From NCBI GenBank assembly GCA_010015585.1, contig ML975192.1: a DNA stretch of 64,000 bases; one strand, written 5' to 3'. The DNA comes from Eremomyces bilateralis CBS 781.70 (lineage: Eukaryota). Below the pieces are notes generated by a model, which ran no database searches, was not told where the DNA came from, and worked only from the letters and a program-made list of their open reading frames with translations. The position numbers and the translations under genes were made by a program. Within the stretch, counting starts at the first letter, position 1, and every line of letters begins with the position of its first letter. Shown piece by piece: positions 45,137-58,178 of this stretch.

Positions 45137-46362
45137 GTTGAAGAATTGCAACCGCTCGAGAATCTTGAATGGCTAGTACGAAACCCGAGTCAATGGCCAA
45201 GTCCAAGGCTTGAGCAGCCAACAGGGTCTTGAAGTATCAGAATAATTGCATAGATGAATCAAAGCAAGAGCCTCATCAAATTAGATCGAACCTGTGCGGC
45301 GTTGAAGCAGACTTTAATATAAGATTGAGCAGACAGTAGAAGGTAGCGATTAGACAATCTTGATTATGATTTTCTTCCACATTATGACCAATTTGGCAGG
45401 TCTTGGGGTAGATGCAGGAAACGTAAATTTCCACCAGACAGTTGGTGCAAGGCAAACTCGACCTTCCAAAAGCGCTACGGCTCCGATGGGATCCCATGCC
45501 TTAACGGTTGGGGATCATCCAGCATAGGAAATCCTGTACTCGTTTGTGATGGAATAATTGGATTAGATCAAACGACTTGCAGAACAGACAAACAACCAGT
45601 GTCACTGCCTCAAGGTTACCATCTCTAGACCGTCAACGATACAAAATGGAAAACTGGGAACAATAATATGCCGAGACTTCGTCGAGATGCCGTGATACGG
45701 TTGAGAAAGATCATCCGGATGGCTGGACGCGTAGGAGTCAGTCACAGCGATCAAAACTGGGAATGGATGATAGTTCGCATTGCTGCGAGCGTCAAGTTGA
45801 TAATGCTACATGGCAAAGGCATCACTGGGTGGGATTTGATGGCACTAAATGTTAGATGACAGTGTTATTATTGAAGAGTGCCATATTGACTTGGGCCGTT
45901 GCTGGATTGTTTCTGTTTAAGTTCATGCTCAGCAGTGAGCATTGGAGATTGATGAATCTTGAGTGAAGGGGACATACAACTGGCGCACGTGACATTGAAC
46001 TCGTTATTCGAATTTTAGCCTTGATGCCTTACGGCCCACCTCTGCCTTGGCGCACTGCACGTGACTCACCCACACTTTCAAACTTCATCAAGTCCATCTT
46101 GAAATCATATGCGAATCACCAAAGCATGTTGCGCCTGTTGCGACAGCACACTGATACCCAATTCCATCTTCATCGAGCTGCAGAGAGCAGTCCACCTATT
46201 TCTGGTGCCTTTTTCCTTTTCATTCGCGTCTCTTTATTTCGAGTTTAGACGCGTTTCACGATTCGACGACCAAGAAACTGGGAGTGAATCCCAACCCACC
46301 ACCCGACTTCCTGCCTAATATCCGCGAAACGCCATAATCAGGTCGTCGATATATCATTCAAT

Positions 46363-49300
46363 ATGGCGGACCAAAAGAAAGACAACCCGTTGGCGCAGTT
46401 CAAGTATTCGGCCATGTCGAATCTTGTTCTGCAGGCCGATAAAAGATTTGTGACAAGGCGTGGCGATGAGAATACGGGAGACCCCGAGTCGCTTGCCGGA
46501 CGCCTCAATATCCGGGATATGGGCTCGAGAACCGCACGAGAAAGCGCACCGATGCTGAAAAAGCCACGAGGAGGTGTCGATGTGGAGCGGGGCAGCATTC
46601 GGGAAGGTCAAGACGTCCTAGAAAAGCAACAGAAGAAACGAAAGCGAGATGGACAACAGTCCAAAGGCGCGGGAATCTTGTCACAACATGATCTCCTTGT
46701 TGAAGACCTCAAATACCGACCTCGTACCACCGCAACTCAGGCCACTTACGACTTGATCACGACGATTGTAGGCAGGCATCTTGGTGATGTCCCGAGTCAC
46801 GTCACTCGTAGTGCCGCGGATGCTGTCCTGGAGTATTTGAAAGACGAGGCATTGAAGGATTTTGACAAAAAGAAGGAAATCGACGATATACTTGGCGTCA
46901 CTATGGGCTCGAAGGAGTTTAATGAGCTAGTCAATCTTGGGAAGAAAATCACCGACTACGATGCACAAGACGAAGACGAGGATATGGAGGATGCGGGTGA
47001 GGCCGAGGAAGGGGGAGATTTGGACGAACGGCAAGGCGTAGCCGTGGTCTTCGATGATGACGAGGAAACGGAAGAAACACAAGCCTTTGAAGTCCATGAC
47101 GGGGATGAATCTGAAGCCGAGGACGTCACTGGTGAGGTCCCTGAGGAGACAATTGGAGGTGCCGAAGCTCCGGAAGAGACTGGCGAGGGCGATGAGATGG
47201 AGATCGGGGAAACGGTCATCACAACCGGCGGACGAGGCCGCGACCGAACACATGACCGATCTATTCCAGTACACGAAATCGACGCATACTGGCTTCAACG
47301 GCAAATCGGTCAAGTCTACGAAGACGCCCACGTCCAGCAAGAGAAAACAGCAGAGGCATTCAACATCCTTGCCGGTCAATCGGATGATGGTGAGGAGAAG
47401 GCTGCGCGAGAAATCGAGAACGACTTGATGGAACTCTTCGACTATGAGCATCACGAGCTCGTAGCTAAACTTTTCATCAACCGTGATCGGATCGTATGGG
47501 TTACCAAGTGGCGACGAGCAGCGGACCGAGACGAGCAAACTGCAGTCGAACGGGAAATGATCGCATCTGGTCACCGAAAAATCCTATCTGAAATTCGAGC
47601 TCGAGAAGGCGACGCTTTAGTTGATGAGCCTAGCAAAATCAAGATGGATCTCATGGAAGTCGACGTTCCGGAGACCAAGGGCAAGACCGTAGCCCAGCCT
47701 ACGGAAGAGGGGTTGGTTGGTGGGTTGCAACCGAAACGACTCATCAACCTGGAGAATCTGGTTTTCGATCAAGGAAATCACCTCATGACCAATCCCTCAG
47801 TGAAGCTCCCCAAAGGAACCACCAAGCGCACATTCAAAGGCTACGAGGAGATCCATGTCCCTGCACCACTGCCCCGTAAAGACGCCAGCGACTTCCCTGA
47901 CATGCCCACGTCGGAAATGCCAGCTTGGGCTCGTCAAGGATTTGGGTCGGCTTCCAAACTCAATCGAATCCAAACCAAGTGCTTCCCCGTCGCATTTGAA
48001 GGGGATGAGAACATGCTGATCTGCGCCCCGACAGGTTCAGGGAAAACGAATGTCGCAATGCTTGCTATCCTTCGGGAAATCGGAAAACATTTGAACCCGA
48101 CCACCGGAGAGATCGATTACGACGCGTTCAAAATCATCTACATCGCTCCGCTCAAGGCTTTGGTGCAAGAACAAGTTGGCAACTTTGGCAAGCGGCTCGA
48201 ACCACTCGGGATTCGCGTTGCAGAGCTTACTGGAGATCGCCAGCTCACGAAGCAACAAATCGTGGACACACAAATCATTGTCACTACTCCTGAAAAATGG
48301 GATGTCATCACACGAAAGGCAACCGATACGAGCTACACGAATCTGGTTCGTCTCATCTGCATCGATGAGATCCATCTTCTTCACGATGATCGTGGACCCG
48401 TCCTTGAAAGCATCGTCAGCCGGACTATCCGCCGGTCTGAACAGACGGGTGACAATGTGCGCTTGGTCGGGTTGAGCGCCACATTACCCAACTTCCGTGA
48501 TGTTGCGGCATTTCTCCGAGTCGATCCTAAGCAAGGGATGTTCCATTTCGATGCGACCTACCGTCCGACCCCGTTGAAACAAGAGTACATTGGTGTCAGC
48601 GACAAGAAAGCGATTAAGCAGTTGAAAACCATGAACGATGTCTGCTACACCAAGGTGCTGGAACAAGTGGGAGCCCAACGCAACCAAATGCTCATTTTCG
48701 TCCACTCGCGAAAAGAGACGGCAAAGACGGCGAAATACATTCGAGATAAGGCCATGGAGCTGGACACTATCGGGCAGATTCTTCGCACGGATGCGGCGTC
48801 ACGAGAAATCCTTCGTGAAGAAGCCGAAGGCGTTGCAAATGCCGATCTAAAGGATCTGATGCCATATGGGTTTGGGATTCATCATGCGGGCATGAGCCGA
48901 GCCGATCGAACATCGGTGGAAGACCTTTTCGCGGACGGTTCCATCCAAGTTCTAGTCTGCACTGCCACGTTAGCATGGGGAGTCAATCTTCCGGCTCACA
49001 CCGTCATCATCAAGGGCACTCAGATCTATTCGCCGGAGAAAGGCAGCTGGGTTGAATTGAGCCCTCAAGATGTGCTGCAAATGCTTGGTCGAGCCGGTCG
49101 CCCTCAATACGACACCTTCGGGGAGGGTATCATCATCACCACCCAGACGGAGGTGCAGTACTACCTTTCTCTCCTGAATCAGCAATTGCCGATCGAATCC
49201 CAATTCATTAGCAAGCTGGCGGACAACCTCAACGCCGAAATTGTGCTTGGCACCATCCGGAATCGTGATGATGGTGTGGATTGGTTAGGTTACACGTATC

Positions 49301-52300
49301 TCTTTGTACGCATGCTTCGATCCCCGGGTCTCTACAGCGTCGGTGCCGACTATGAGGAGGATGAAGCCTTGGAACAAAAACGAGTGGATTTGATCCACTC
49401 TGCGGCGACGGTACTGGCGAATTCCCATCTCATTAAATACGACGCAAAGACGGGTCGGATCCAATCCACGGAGCTAGGCCGCATCGCTTCCCACTATTAC
49501 ATCTCGCATGCATCCATGGCCACCTACAATCAGCACCTTCAACCGTCGATTACATCTATCGAAATGTTCCGAGTGTTTTCTCTCAGCCAAGAGTTCAAGT
49601 ACATCCCGGTACGGCAAGACGAAAAGCTGGAGCTCGCGAAGCTGCTTGGACGTGTGCCAATTCCGGTCAAAGAGAGCATTGATGAACCCCACGCGAAAAT
49701 CAACGTTCTTCTCCAAGCTTACATTTCGCGCCTCAAGCTGGATGGATTGGCGCTCATGGCCGATCTGGTCTATGTGACACAATCAGCTGGCCGAATTCTT
49801 CGAGCGATATTCGAGATCGTGCTGAAGAAAGGGTGGGCGTCGGTTGCAAAAACTGCCCTGAGTCTCTGCAAAATGGCTGAAAAGCGAATGTGGCCGACGA
49901 TGACCCCCCTTCGGCAATTCCCGAGTTGTCCGAGGGATATAATCCAGAAATCGGAACGAATTGATGTCCCTTGGACGAATTACTTCGATTTAGATCCACC
50001 TCGAATGGGAGAATTGTTGGGGATGCCAAGAGCGGGCAGGACCGTGTGCTCTCTCGTTCAAAAGTTCCCACGCCTTGAAATTGAAGCCCAAGTTCAACCC
50101 ATGACAAGGACCGTCCTTCGCGTTCAATTGTCATTACGACCAAACTTTGAATGGGATGATGACGTCCATGGTCTCGCCGAGTTATTCTGGGTGCTCGTTG
50201 AGGACTGTGATGGAGAGGATATCCTCTTTCACGACCAGTTCCTCCTTCGAAAGGATTATGCCACGGCCGACACGAATGAGCACATCATGGAATTCACGGT
50301 CCCAATCGCCGAGCCGTTGCCGCCCAATTACTTCATCAGCGTCATCTCCGATAGATGGATGCATGCCGAAACACGTATTGTTGTATCTTTCCAACAGCTG
50401 CAACTTCCGGCCAAGTTCCCGTCTCATACCCAACTGCTTGACCTTCAACCGCTCCCCGTTGCGGCTCTAAAGCGTCCGGACTACCAGAAACTTTATGCTC
50501 ACTGGGGACGGTTCAACAAGATTCAAACGCAAGTCTTCAATGCGTTATTTTCGTCCGATGAGAATGTCCTCGTGGGCTCCGCTGCCGGAACTGGCAAGAC
50601 AGCATGCGCGGAGTTTGCTCTCCTACGGCACTGGATGAAGGCGGATGACAGCGCCACTCCAAAAGCGGTGTACGTTGCTCCGTTCCAGGAATTGATCGAC
50701 ATTCGACACAAAGACTGGCAGTCACGATTGGCATCGGTCCCCAACGAGAAAGAGATTGTGAAGCTCACTGGCGATGTGACGGCGGATTTGCGTCTTCTGG
50801 AGAAAGGTGACCTGATCCTTGCAACACCAGCGCAGTGGGATCTGATATCGAGATCGTGGCAGCGTCGAAAGAACGTTCAACGAGTCACACTCTTCATCGC
50901 GGACGATCTTCATATGATCGGTGGTCAGAACGGACATATATACGAGAGCGTGGTCTCCCGTATGCATGCGATGTCGCTGCAACTCGAGTCAGGGCTGCGA
51001 ATTGTGGGTTTGAGCGTATCTCTGGCTAACGCACGCGATGTGGGAGAGTGGATCGGAGCGAACAAGCACACGATCTTCAACTTCAGCCCTCAAGTTCGCG
51101 CTGTGCCTCTCGAACTTCACATTCAATCGTTCACGATCCCACACTTTCCATCCTTAATGCTGGCCATGGTGAAACCGACATACAACGCAATCCTACAATT
51201 GTCCACCGACAAGCCCACCATGGTCTTCGTCCCCAATCGGAGACAAGCACGAGCAACTGCAGCCGACTTGCTGAGCTGCTGTGTTGCCGAAGATGAGGAA
51301 GATCGGTTTTTGTACGCTCCTCAAGAGCAGCTGGCGCCAATCCTGGAAAAGATTAACGAAAGATACCTGGCTGAATCGTTGTCTCATGGCATCGGCTACT
51401 TCCATGAAGCCCTCACTGATTTTGATAAAAAGGCAGTGGAACATCTTTTCCGAGTTGGGGCCATACAGGTCATGCTCGTTTCCCGAGATTCGTGCTGGGA
51501 AATTAATTCTACCAGCCACCTTGTCATCGTCATGGGCACCCAATTCTACGATGGTCGAGAGCATCGATACGTGGACTATCCGCTCAGTGAAGTACTCCAG
51601 ATGTTTGGAAAAGCCGGACGGCCGGACATGGACAAGAGCTGTAAGGGTGTCCTCTTCGTCCCCCAAGTCAAACGAGAGTACTACAAGAAATTCTTGAACG
51701 ATGCGTTACCGGTCGAGAGTTATCTTCAAGGGGAGATGGCGGATACATTTATCGCTGAAATCAGCGCGCGTGTGATCTCATCCACTCAGGATGCCGTCGA
51801 TTGGACCACCTACACGTACTTCTACCGCCGTTTGCTCGCCAATCCAAGCTTCTACGGCCTCACCGACACATCTCATGAAGGCTTGAGTTCCCACCTCTCG
51901 GAACTAGTTGAGACAACGCTGAAAGAGTTGGAAGAAGCGAAAATGATCACCATCGAGGAGGATGAGGAAGGCGAAGATTCCATCGAACCGCTCAACCCCG
52001 CCATCATCGCTTCTTACTATAACATCTCCTTCGTCACCATGCAGACATTCTTGTTGTCGCTAAATGCGAAGACCAAACTAAAAGGCATCGTCGAGATCGT
52101 CACATCGGCTACAGAATTCGAGGACATTCAGATCCGACGACACGAGGACCACGTTCTTCGCCGGATCTACGATCGACTCCCGTACAAAATGGCGGAAGCC
52201 AGCTACGAATCGCCTCATTTCAAGGCCTTTGTTCTGGTCCAGGCACACCTGTCACGGATGGAGCTGCCGATCGATCTAGCGAAAGATCAAGAAGTCATCC

Positions 52301-53010
52301 TGTGCAAGATTCTCGGTCTCTTGAGTGCGTGTGTGGACGTTCTTTCCTCCGAAAGCCATATGAATTGTATCCAAGCAATGGAGCTCTCCCAAATGATCGT
52401 TCAAGCCACCTGGCACGACGGTCCTCTCAAGCAAATACCACACTTTGACGAGCGTGCGATCCAAGTCGCCAATGATGCAGGAGTCCACGATGTCATGCAG
52501 TTTATGGACTACATGGATCCAGATGAGAATCCGAACTATGAGGTCTTTGTGAAGAAACTCGGTTTCAACCGACAGCAGCTACAGGATGCTGCGAACTTCA
52601 CGAATACCTCGTATCCTAGCATCGATATTGCCATGAAGGTGGAAGATCCGGATTCCGTCGCTGCCGGTGAGCCATCAGTTTTGAGTGTCACATTGGAGCG
52701 CCAGATCGATGAAGACGAGGTTCCGAACACGAAGGTGCATGCGCCCTTCTATCCGGGAGAAAAGATTGAGAACTGGTGGCTTGTTGTAGCCAACGAGAAG
52801 ACGCAGAGTTCTTATGGCATCAAGCGGATCACGATAGAACGCAAGCTTCGCACCAAGCTTGAATTTACCGTGCCGGAACCGGGTCCAGTCGAGCTGACAC
52901 TGTATCTCATCTGCGACAGCTACATTGGCGTTGATCAGGCCCCAACCTTCAAGGTGAATGTCGGCGAAGCGATGGATGAAGATGAAGAGGAAGATAGTGA
53001 TGAGGAGTGA
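46363..53010 (+). CDS. BRR2: U5 snRNP 200-kDa helicase Brr2
   Basis: 2215-aa intronless ORF; YSAMSNLVLQAD N-terminus; two helicase-Sec63 cassettes (APTGSGKT, DEIH). Confidence 0.97.
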   Translation: MADQKKDNPLAQFKYSAMSNLVLQADKRFVTRRGDENTGDPESLAGRLNIRDMGSRTARESAPMLKKPRGGVDVERGSIREGQDVLEKQQKKRKRDGQQSKGAGILSQHDLLVEDLKYRPRTTATQATYDLITTIVGRHLGDVPSHVTRSAADAVLEYLKDEALKDFDKKKEIDDILGVTMGSKEFNELVNLGKKITDYDAQDEDEDMEDAGEAEEGGDLDERQGVAVVFDDDEETEETQAFEVHDGDESEAEDVTGEVPEETIGGAEAPEETGEGDEMEIGETVITTGGRGRDRTHDRSIPVHEIDAYWLQRQIGQVYEDAHVQQEKTAEAFNILAGQSDDGEEKAAREIENDLMELFDYEHHELVAKLFINRDRIVWVTKWRRAADRDEQTAVEREMIASGHRKILSEIRAREGDALVDEPSKIKMDLMEVDVPETKGKTVAQPTEEGLVGGLQPKRLINLENLVFDQGNHLMTNPSVKLPKGTTKRTFKGYEEIHVPAPLPRKDASDFPDMPTSEMPAWARQGFGSASKLNRIQTKCFPVAFEGDENMLICAPTGSGKTNVAMLAILREIGKHLNPTTGEIDYDAFKIIYIAPLKALVQEQVGNFGKRLEPLGIRVAELTGDRQLTKQQIVDTQIIVTTPEKWDVITRKATDTSYTNLVRLICIDEIHLLHDDRGPVLESIVSRTIRRSEQTGDNVRLVGLSATLPNFRDVAAFLRVDPKQGMFHFDATYRPTPLKQEYIGVSDKKAIKQLKTMNDVCYTKVLEQVGAQRNQMLIFVHSRKETAKTAKYIRDKAMELDTIGQILRTDAASREILREEAEGVANADLKDLMPYGFGIHHAGMSRADRTSVEDLFADGSIQVLVCTATLAWGVNLPAHTVIIKGTQIYSPEKGSWVELSPQDVLQMLGRAGRPQYDTFGEGIIITTQTEVQYYLSLLNQQLPIESQFISKLADNLNAEIVLGTIRNRDDGVDWLGYTYLFVRMLRSPGLYSVGADYEEDEALEQKRVDLIHSAATVLANSHLIKYDAKTGRIQSTELGRIASHYYISHASMATYNQHLQPSITSIEMFRVFSLSQEFKYIPVRQDEKLELAKLLGRVPIPVKESIDEPHAKINVLLQAYISRLKLDGLALMADLVYVTQSAGRILRAIFEIVLKKGWASVAKTALSLCKMAEKRMWPTMTPLRQFPSCPRDIIQKSERIDVPWTNYFDLDPPRMGELLGMPRAGRTVCSLVQKFPRLEIEAQVQPMTRTVLRVQLSLRPNFEWDDDVHGLAELFWVLVEDCDGEDILFHDQFLLRKDYATADTNEHIMEFTVPIAEPLPPNYFISVISDRWMHAETRIVVSFQQLQLPAKFPSHTQLLDLQPLPVAALKRPDYQKLYAHWGRFNKIQTQVFNALFSSDENVLVGSAAGTGKTACAEFALLRHWMKADDSATPKAVYVAPFQELIDIRHKDWQSRLASVPNEKEIVKLTGDVTADLRLLEKGDLILATPAQWDLISRSWQRRKNVQRVTLFIADDLHMIGGQNGHIYESVVSRMHAMSLQLESGLRIVGLSVSLANARDVGEWIGANKHTIFNFSPQVRAVPLELHIQSFTIPHFPSLMLAMVKPTYNAILQLSTDKPTMVFVPNRRQARATAADLLSCCVAEDEEDRFLYAPQEQLAPILEKINERYLAESLSHGIGYFHEALTDFDKKAVEHLFRVGAIQVMLVSRDSCWEINSTSHLVIVMGTQFYDGREHRYVDYPLSEVLQMFGKAGRPDMDKSCKGVLFVPQVKREYYKKFLNDALPVESYLQGEMADTFIAEISARVISSTQDAVDWTTYTYFYRRLLANPSFYGLTDTSHEGLSSHLSELVETTLKELEEAKMITIEEDEEGEDSIEPLNPAIIASYYNISFVTMQTFLLSLNAKTKLKGIVEIVTSATEFEDIQIRRHEDHVLRRIYDRLPYKMAEASYESPHFKAFVLVQAHLSRMELPIDLAKDQEVILCKILGLLSACVDVLSSESHMNCIQAMELSQMIVQATWHDGPLKQIPHFDERAIQVANDAGVHDVMQFMDYMDPDENPNYEVFVKKLGFNRQQLQDAANFTNTSYPSIDIAMKVEDPDSVAAGEPSVLSVTLERQIDEDEVPNTKVHAPFYPGEKIENWWLVVANEKTQSSYGIKRITIERKLRTKLEFTVPEPGPVELTLYLICDSYIGVDQAPTFKVNVGEAMDEDEEEDSDEE

Positions 53011-53615
53011 AGGAGTCAGAAGGACTGGCGCAGGGAAAAGTTAATGTACAAATACGTGCCAGGATAGACCGTCTGAATGATAAATCATGGATCAATTGCT
53101 CTGTTCCCGTACAATGTATGATATAACATTTTGGTCACATATTCAGATGGTAGTTTAAGTACGAATTCCATGCATGAGTCAGTAGGGCTTGTTAGCATCA
53201 TTGGCTGGTCAACGCAATTAATACCAATTATTATTTAATACCGGAACATACTACACATCAAGTGCGTCACCTCTGGTCTCGCCCTCATCAATCATGTATC
53301 AAGCTCATTATTCAACCACGAGCCATGTCATACATTGTCCCAACCCACAGCATGGTCCAGATCTTAACACCTACCCAAAGTTAACTCCTCTTTGTTTTAG
53401 AATCATCAAACTGATTTCTTGTTCCCTGTACCACGTCACACCAATCACCCATGGACGTGCGAACTCAGGTGTGTTCATGGTTTTCGAGGGCATAATCTCG
53501 TCCGTCAATTGACAAGACCGCTTTCCAGGGCTATCGACACGGTCAACGTCCTTTCGACTAGAGAAGTCATCCATTCTCTGTGCCAATCCATAGTACTCGA
53601 ACCAACGGCAGCACA

Positions 53616-54890
53616 ATGGTGGGACTGTGGCAGAGTCCTCATTCACGATCGCACCCGAAACCGTCCTCCCAGTCCTCTTCCTCTCCATCCACGCCGGGGA
53701 AGCGAAATCGTCTACATCACCGAATGTCGTTCCAAGAATTTCCAACAGTGCGCATGGTCAGTGATGGGCCGCCTTCGCCAGAGATAAAAACGCGACATAG
53801 AAATAGTCTCTCGGTCTCAGGACATTCTCATGAACGGAATGGTGGATCGATCGGCAATAGCGAAAAGCCAGCTTTCCCCTTACCGATACGTGAAGGCTTA
53901 CCCACGATACCGACCACATCACCTATCATCCTCAGAGACATAGCTGGCGGTTCTCCACCCAGGGATCCTGCGTCTACGAATACTTTTCTTTCGAGCGATC
54001 ACAACTCACTCTCATCCCCGAAATCCTCTTCATCAAGAGACTCCCCAATCATCAGTGATTCAACCCGACGTCTAAGCATCAAGAACACCCCCGAAGGTGC
54101 TCCATCTTCGCCAGTTCTTAGTAACGGAGTTAGTACTTCACGGACCTTCGGCGCCATAATATCACCACCCACTATAACGGAATCGACGCGGTCATCTCAC
54201 ATCATATCACGTTTGACATCGGAAGTTGAAGGACTTCGTCGCAACCTGAATTCTGTACAAGCGCGGCACGATGAATCACAGCGGAACTTATCCACCGCCC
54301 GCCAGGTCATCCAATCGCTGCGGGCTGAGAATGAGAATCTGGTACACATGAGAGAAACAGAGACAAAGATGCTGGGACGGAGAGATAGAAAGATCGGGGA
54401 GATGAAAGAGCAGCTGGAACATGAAATTGCACGACGCATCAAAGCTGAGGATGCCGTACAAGACCTAGGTACACAGCTCAACGAAACAAGGCAGAGTTCG
54501 CACAAGGAGGTCGCCGACGCCAAGGAAGCTCGCGCACATGCTGATGCACAGTATGCTGCAGTCACCAGTGGCTTCGATGGGTTGCGGCGTGAGGTAGAAC
54601 GGCTCCGTCAAAGACTGGAGGAGGCGCGGGCTGAGAATGCCAAGGATGCCGAGAAGTTGGACATGTTGGAGATGGTCCATGAGATGCAGGCGACAGCCAT
54701 CCAACGACATGAAGAGATTGCAAAGAGAATGGACATGGTGGTGAAGAACTACGGACAAGCATCCGACGTTTGTCAAGAGAAGATGGAGGGGCTTGAGCTC
54801 ATCCAGCAGGAAATGGAAGAAACTCGAGATCGAATGCGGTGGGTAATGCGCGTGCAGGGGAGTCGGAGCCCAGAGCAGTTGAGTGCATGA
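53616..54890 (+). CDS. Coiled-coil protein, She3-like
   Basis: Ser/Pro-rich N-half, long heptad region (IISRLTSEVEGLRR...RRDRKIGEMKEQL); start uncertain. Confidence 0.6.
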   Translation: MVGLWQSPHSRSHPKPSSQSSSSPSTPGKRNRLHHRMSFQEFPTVRMVSDGPPSPEIKTRHRNSLSVSGHSHERNGGSIGNSEKPAFPLPIREGLPTIPTTSPIILRDIAGGSPPRDPASTNTFLSSDHNSLSSPKSSSSRDSPIISDSTRRLSIKNTPEGAPSSPVLSNGVSTSRTFGAIISPPTITESTRSSHIISRLTSEVEGLRRNLNSVQARHDESQRNLSTARQVIQSLRAENENLVHMRETETKMLGRRDRKIGEMKEQLEHEIARRIKAEDAVQDLGTQLNETRQSSHKEVADAKEARAHADAQYAAVTSGFDGLRREVERLRQRLEEARAENAKDAEKLDMLEMVHEMQATAIQRHEEIAKRMDMVVKNYGQASDVCQEKMEGLELIQQEMEETRDRMRWVMRVQGSRSPEQLSA

Positions 54891-56228
54891 ACTGAGTCGA
54901 AAGCTTTTTCACAGCATGTGGAGAATCCGGATCGAATACCTGGTTCCGAAATATTATTGGGACGAGCAACGCGTCCTATGGTAATGACATGCATGGAGGC
55001 GTTGATAGGGAACTTGGGGGCATAGATACCAATACGGGCAGACTCAACGACTACAGGTAAATGCCAAACGAGCATTATGCCACGATTTCGGCAACTGCCA
55101 GCCTCATACAGAGCTAATGGCTTGTAGGCTTTCTTATGAAATCCGATAATTATATTCCAGTTAGCAATAGTTGGAAATGGTCCAAGTTAACGCTCCACTG
55201 AGTAGTTCTATTCCCAGTAGAAGATGCATCATGGACACCACCACTGAACTCAATCGTTTTCATCATCCCTTCCTTCAAGTTACATGGAGGCCCAACGAGT
55301 GAACATAAGGCGAATACAGTTCTCCTTTTCCGTAGGCTGGAGGACGTCAAAGCTGAAAGAAGACTGAGGGAGGCCGGGGCTAAGAGAGGACCGGGAACCA
55401 CGATGTGTATAGGCGGACCGCGGATGGGGTTTGCATGAGAGATTACCAAGGACGAGGCGCATACCAATCGTGCCTTCATTGAGCCTTTGACTTAATTGTG
55501 GTCTGTCGAATTGGTAGGTTGGATTGTTGAAGGGGCTTCCGTTGAAAGTTTCCAAAAGACTGAAAAGGGAGGGTATAGGAGGGAAGGTATGGAAGGGAAT
55601 GTGTAGGAGGGTATCATGTTCCGGGGTCTAATCTTCCAGTGTCCTGGATGAAATGTAGCGTTACCGTAACTACCTCTATGTTCGGGGACCAGCGCTTAAT
55701 CGGGCCGTCTTTTACTTCTGATTCGTATGCTCTAAGGAGGTAAGAGACAGGTCGTCCTAATGAATGTCCGTACACAGGGAGCGGTGAAGCCTGCATGTAC
55801 ATTTCTGCAATAAGAAATGAGCATGTCAGAATATTATTCTCGCGATCTGGTAGATTGTAGTCGAGATTATGTCTCCTGAATCGCGTTCGAATTCACAGAA
55901 CCTTCGACCAACTTGCGGTTAGAGTGAGATTTGCGGTGGCGTCTTGTGACAGGTTGCATGTCGGCATATGAAATCTGCTTAGCAAACTGGATACTGGATA
56001 GAAGTCTAAGACACCAGATCGATTCTTAAGGGAGCAAGTGAAGAAAAATATCCTGTGGCGTGAGGATCACACCTCCATCCAGATTATTCCCACAAGACCC
56101 TGGAAGATTCTTTTGACTCCAAATACACCCTATTGTTTCCCCCTCCATATTAAATATCCTGCAGCATTGCCAACTCCAGGCAATTGTATACATGTTCACG
56201 AGACAGATTGCCCATCCAATCTCAAAAA

Positions 56229-58178
56229 ATGAAGCGTGAGAGAGATTCCACCGACGCCGATCCAAATGCGACAATCAAAAAGCGCCAGACCTGTGCTACC
56301 CCGAAGCAGGACTTCCGGGATGACCTTTTCGACGCCCAGACATTGAAATCATATCAGGATAGCTACGCCAATTCCCAGCCGTATATTCCCCATTCTACTA
56401 CTTTTACAGCCATATACTGATTTGATCGTAGCTACAAGCATGGCGTCCTTTCCAACCTCGTGCAACCTACACTTCTCCGCCAAGTGCGAGACGAAATTCG
56501 CAATCAGATCTCGTTCACTCCCAAAGAAACCGACATTTACAAGATCCACCAATCTGGTGACCTGGCAAATTTGGACGGACTCGATGACGGTTCCTTGAAG
56601 GATCTCCCCGCCCTCTTGAAGCTTCGCGATGCGTTATACTCCCCGGACTTCCGCAATTTCATCTCGAGCATTTCTCAATCGGGGCCATTGAGTGGCGCAA
56701 AGACGGACATGGCAATCAACGTATATACTCCAGGATGTCATCTCCTATGTCATGACGATGTTATCGGCACGAGGCGAGTCAGCTATATCCTGTACCTGAC
56801 GGATCCAGACCAACCATGGAAGCCTGAATGGGGCGGCGCACTACGGTTATATCCCACCCATAAGGAGAAGCGTGAGGACGGAAGTCAAGTGAAGATACCC
56901 GACCCAGAGTTCGACGTGGTCATCCCTCCCGCCTTCAACCAGCTGTCCTTCTTTGCAGTTCAACCGGGTGAAAGCTTCCATGACGTGGAGGAAGTGTACT
57001 TTGCCGATTCCGAAACCTCGGAAGACGATGGCGGTCGAGTTCGGATGGCAATCAGTGGATGGTTCCATATCCCTCAGCCTGGAGAGGAAGGATTCGAAGA
57101 AGGGCTTGAACAACGTCTAGCGGAAAAGAGTTCTCTCGCTCAACTGCAGGGCAACGCCAGCGAATTCGACCTACCTCAACCTGCGTGGACAAGTTTGGAT
57201 GCGAAGGAAGAGACTCTTGTGGAAGAAGATGATGAGGAACTGAGCGAGGAAAATTGCGAATTCCTGGTGAAGTACCTCAAAGCCGATTACTTGGTTCCTG
57301 AAACGGTGGAGGAACTGAACTCCATGTTCGTGGATGAGTCTTCTCTTCGGGTCGGTCAATTCCTGTGCCCAGCTTTTGAGTCTCGTCTACGGACGTGGGT
57401 CGAAAAACGGGATGGATATAGCTCTGGCCAGCGAGCGGGTGATTTGAACCATTTCAACCTCTCTCGCCCGCCACATAAACATCGGTATCTCTATCGTCAA
57501 CCATCACAGAGCAGCGGGCAAGATACCGACGCGCCATTGGACGAGCTTGTCAATCATCTCTTCCCGTCTAGACACTTCCGCAAATGGTTAAGCCTTGTCA
57601 CTGGTTTCTCTACCACGGGTCTGGATTGCCTCATCCGCAGGTTCCGACGGGGATTGGATTACACCCTGGCAACCCAATACGAGGAGGACGACCCTCAGTT
57701 GGAACTATGCTTGTCTCTCTCTCCATGGAAGCAATGGGAAGAAGAGAACGACGATGAAGACGACATGGAAGTTGAGGCTGGGGAAGACAACAATGGTACA
57801 ACCCATAAGGTCAAGGATTCGGCCCAACAACCCAACGGCAAGGATAAGGATTCCAACAAACCCGAGAGTTATGGTGGGTATGAAATCTATCTGGCTGGTG
57901 ACGAAGAGGAAGAAGAGCAAGACGCGGGTGAGGTGCCAACGAGCATGACTGGTGCTGGAACGAGAAAGTCTCGGCAAGACCCTGCTATTTACCGAAGCAA
58001 CGATGCCGATGACGATGACGGGGTGTTATTCAGCATGCCCGCAACATGGAATCAATTAAGTATCGTTTTGAGGGATCAAGGCACCATGCGTTTCGTCAAG
58101 TATGTGAGTCAAGCTGCTGGTGGGGACCGATGGGATATCTGTGCGGATTACAAGGTGCAGGATGATGCAGATGATTAA
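56229..58178 (+). CDS. TPA1: uS12 prolyl hydroxylase Tpa1/Ofd1
   Basis: KETDIYKIHQSGDLANL, HLLCHDDVIG, SFHDVEEV, RMAISGWFH, FVKYVS; one intron from 56381. Confidence 0.93.

Noticed and set aside
46363..53010. Slh1/ASCC3 forming an RQT cluster with CUE3
   Set aside because: The N-terminal sequence and length match Brr2, not Slh1.
55150..55802. Possible small spliced gene on the minus strand
   Set aside because: No convincing start, splice model or motif.
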